Source: Alkalilimnicola ehrlichii MLHE-1 (GTDB taxonomy: Bacteria > Pseudomonadota > Gammaproteobacteria > Nitrococcales > Halorhodospiraceae). Taken from it: a stretch of 32,000 nt of DNA. The notes beneath the pieces were generated by a model that was given only the letters and a program-made list of their open reading frames with translations, was not told the DNA's origin and did not search any database. Position 1 is the stretch's first letter. Each line of letters starts with the position of its first letter. The stretch is taken from assembly GCF_000014785.1 (NCBI RefSeq), contig NC_008340.1, forward strand, positions 1,110,001 through 1,142,000, in the 5' to 3' direction. The position numbers were made by a program, and so were the translations under genes. Positions 31,301 through 32,000 of the stretch are shown one piece after another.

Positions 31301-32000
31301 TCGGTCATGAAGTGGGCATCGGGCGTGCGGGTCTGCGGGACGTTGGAACCCCACATCATGATGAAGCCGGCGTTGTACCAGTCGGCTGATTCCGGCACGT
31401 CGGTCTGCTCACCCCAGGTCTGCGGGCTGCTGGGGGGCAGGTCGCAGTACCAGTCGTAGAAGCTCATGCACACGCCGCCGAGCAGTGACATGTAGCGGGA
31501 GCCGGCGGCGTAGCTGACCATGGACATGGCCGGGATCGGAGAAAAGCCGATCACTCGGTCCGGGCCGTGCTCTTTGATGGTGTGGATATTGGCGGAGGCG
31601 ACCAGCTCGTTCACCTCGTCCCAGTCGGAGCGCACCATGTCGCCCAGGCCTCGGCGGCTCTTGTAGAGCTCGGCCTTCTTGGGGTCGCCGACAATGGAGG
31701 CCCAGGCGTCCACCGGGTCTTTGTGCTTCTTGCGCGCCTCGCGCCACATGCGCAGCAGCGTGCCGCGGATCATCGGGTACTTCAGCCGGTTGGCGCTGTA
31801 GATGTACCAGGAGTAGCTGGCGCCACGGCCGCAGCCGCGCGGCTCGTGGTTGGGCAGCTCCGGCCGGGTGCGCGGGTAGTCGGTCTGCTGGGTCTCCCAG
31901 GTGACCAGGCCGTTTTTCACGTAGATCTTCCAGCTGCAGGAGCCGGTGCAGTTCACCCCGTGGGTGGAGCGCACGACCTTGTCGTGCTGCCAGCGGCTGC
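28351..32000 (-). CDS. narG: Respiratory nitrate reductase alpha subunit NarG (Mo-bisMGD). The N-terminal ~40 codons lie beyond the right window edge.
   Basis: The FS0 motif is RSTHGVNCTGSCSWKIYVKNGLVTWETQQTDYPRT. The frame stays open to base 32000 (...SRWQHDKVVRSTH), so the track start at 31974 is an internal Val codon. The rest of the ~1200 aa is collinear with NarG. Confidence 0.98.
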   Translation of the reverse strand, partial: SRWQHDKVVRSTHGVNCTGSCSWKIYVKNGLVTWETQQTDYPRTRPELPNHEPRGCGRGASYSWYIYSANRLKYPMIRGTLLRMWREARKKHKDPVDAWASIVGDPKKAELYKSRRGLGDMVRSDWDEVNELVASANIHTIKEHGPDRVIGFSPIPAMSMVSYAAGSRYMSLLGGVCMSFYDWYCDLPPSSPQTWGEQTDVPESADWYNAGFIMMWGSNVPQTRTPDAHFMTEVRYKGTEIVTVCPDYSEASKFGDIWLNPQQGTDSALGMALGHVILKEFHVDNPSDYFRDYARQYTDMPCLVRLEKTDKGYQADRFLRASDLDKALGQKNNPEWKTIAWDEKSDSLVVPNGSIGFRWGEDGQWNLEEKEASGKETKLQLSHLDSRDEVALVGFPYFGGQEHELGRFTANPQEEVIYRKVPVRKIKLADGEEVLAASVYDLITAHYGVDRGLDCENTPKSYDENKPYTPAWQEQITGVPRDKVIKVARRFADNANKTRGKSMIIIGAAMNHWYHMDMNYRSVINMLVFCGCIGQSGGGWAHYVGQEKLRPQTGWQPLAFALDWARPPRHMNSTSFFYAHTDQWRYEKLNVADMLSPLANKEDFQGSLIDFNVRSERMGWLPSAPQLGANPLEVAKEAAKAGKDPKDYVVEQLKSGRLRMACEDPDNPANFPRNLFVWRSNLLGSSGKGHEYFLKHLLGTKHGVQGKDLGEEGAEKPQEVVWREEETRGKLDLLTTLDFRMSTTCLYSDVVLPTATWYEKDDLNTSDMHPFIHPLCEAVNPCWESRTDWEIYKGLAKTFSKLVEGHLGKETDIVTLPLLHDSPAELGQALDVKEWHKGECDPIPGKTMPALVPVERDYPNVYARFTALGPLMTKLGNGGKGISWNTEHEVDLLGRLNGQHRKEGAANQGLPRINTAIEAADTILSLAPETNGEVAVKAWAALSKQTGRDHTHLALPREEEKLRFRDLAAQPRKIISSPTWSGLESEHVSYNAGYTNVHELIPWRTLSGRQQLYQDHPWMRAFGEGFVCYRPPVNMRTTQTVQGVRGNGNEEIALNWITPHQKWGIHSTYTDNLIMLTLSRGGPCVWISEIDAKKVGIVDNDWIECFNSNGSLVARAVVSQRVREGMVMMYHAQEKLVNTPGSEITGERGGIHNSVTRAVIKPTHMIGGYAQLSYGFNYYGTVGSNRDEFVVVRKMDRVDWLDGDDESIYDAEEQA

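Noticed and set aside
31974-31976. The start of narG at 31974, as given in the ORF track.
   Set aside because: This GTG is an internal Val codon. The frame remains open to the window edge, and the upstream residues (SRWQHDKVV) match the conserved NarG N-terminal region before the H-x3-C-x3-C motif. The gene is therefore 5'-truncated by the window.
1-32000. A scan for CRISPR arrays, tRNA/rRNA genes, IS inverted repeats, toxin-antitoxin pairs and compositional islands.
   Set aside because: I saw no spaced direct repeats and no cloverleaf-like or rRNA-like conserved segments. Intergenic space is minimal. The only AT-richer patches are short promoter regions (about 1310-1420, 12720-12790, 19790-19830 and 21000-21110). 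The whole window reads as core chromosome.

Overview
This is a GC-rich, gene-dense chromosomal window (third codon positions are almost all G/C). It looks like it comes from a polar-flagellated gammaproteobacterium; that taxonomic guess is inference only. I saw no tRNA, rRNA, CRISPR array, IS element, integrase or phage signature.

Layout, left to right:
1. 1-1242 (-): a gene truncated at its 3' end by the window edge. It encodes a signal-peptide-bearing putative outer-membrane beta-barrel with a His-rich tract, which is encoded by a (GTGGCY)7 hexamer repeat.
2. 1243-1490: a divergent control region with two tandem TGCAA-N5-TTGCA palindromes and a near-consensus sigma-54 promoter.
3. 1491-19751 (+): one long motility/chemotaxis supercluster, fliL-fliM-fliN-fliO-fliP-fliQ-fliR-flhB-flhA-flhF-flhG(fleN)-fliA-cheY-cheZ-cheA-cheB-parC-parP-cheW. 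This is the Vibrio/Pseudomonas-type arrangement, without motCD.
4. 19892-23244: a comEA-like helix-hairpin-helix gene (+), a PhaB/FabG-like short-chain dehydrogenase (-), and dinG (+).
5. 23248-32000 (-): the respiratory nitrate reductase operon narG (5' end outside the window)-narH-narJ-narI. It is followed, tightly packed, by a PpiC-type prolyl isomerase and three small ORFs: a 136-aa unknown, a TusE/DsrC-family protein lacking both C-terminal cysteines, and a 150-aa unknown with a CxxC-x5-CH motif.

I do not see a clear-cut new system; there are no defence-island hallmarks. The observations most worth follow-up are:
- the cysteine-less DsrC-like module appended to the nar operon;
- a CheA with no recognisable P2 domain that instead carries three FliM-N-terminus-like peptide repeats;
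- the tandem palindromes plus sigma-54 promoter in the region shared by fliL and the His-rich outer-membrane gene.

The many long ORFs antisense to these genes are GC-driven shadow ORFs.
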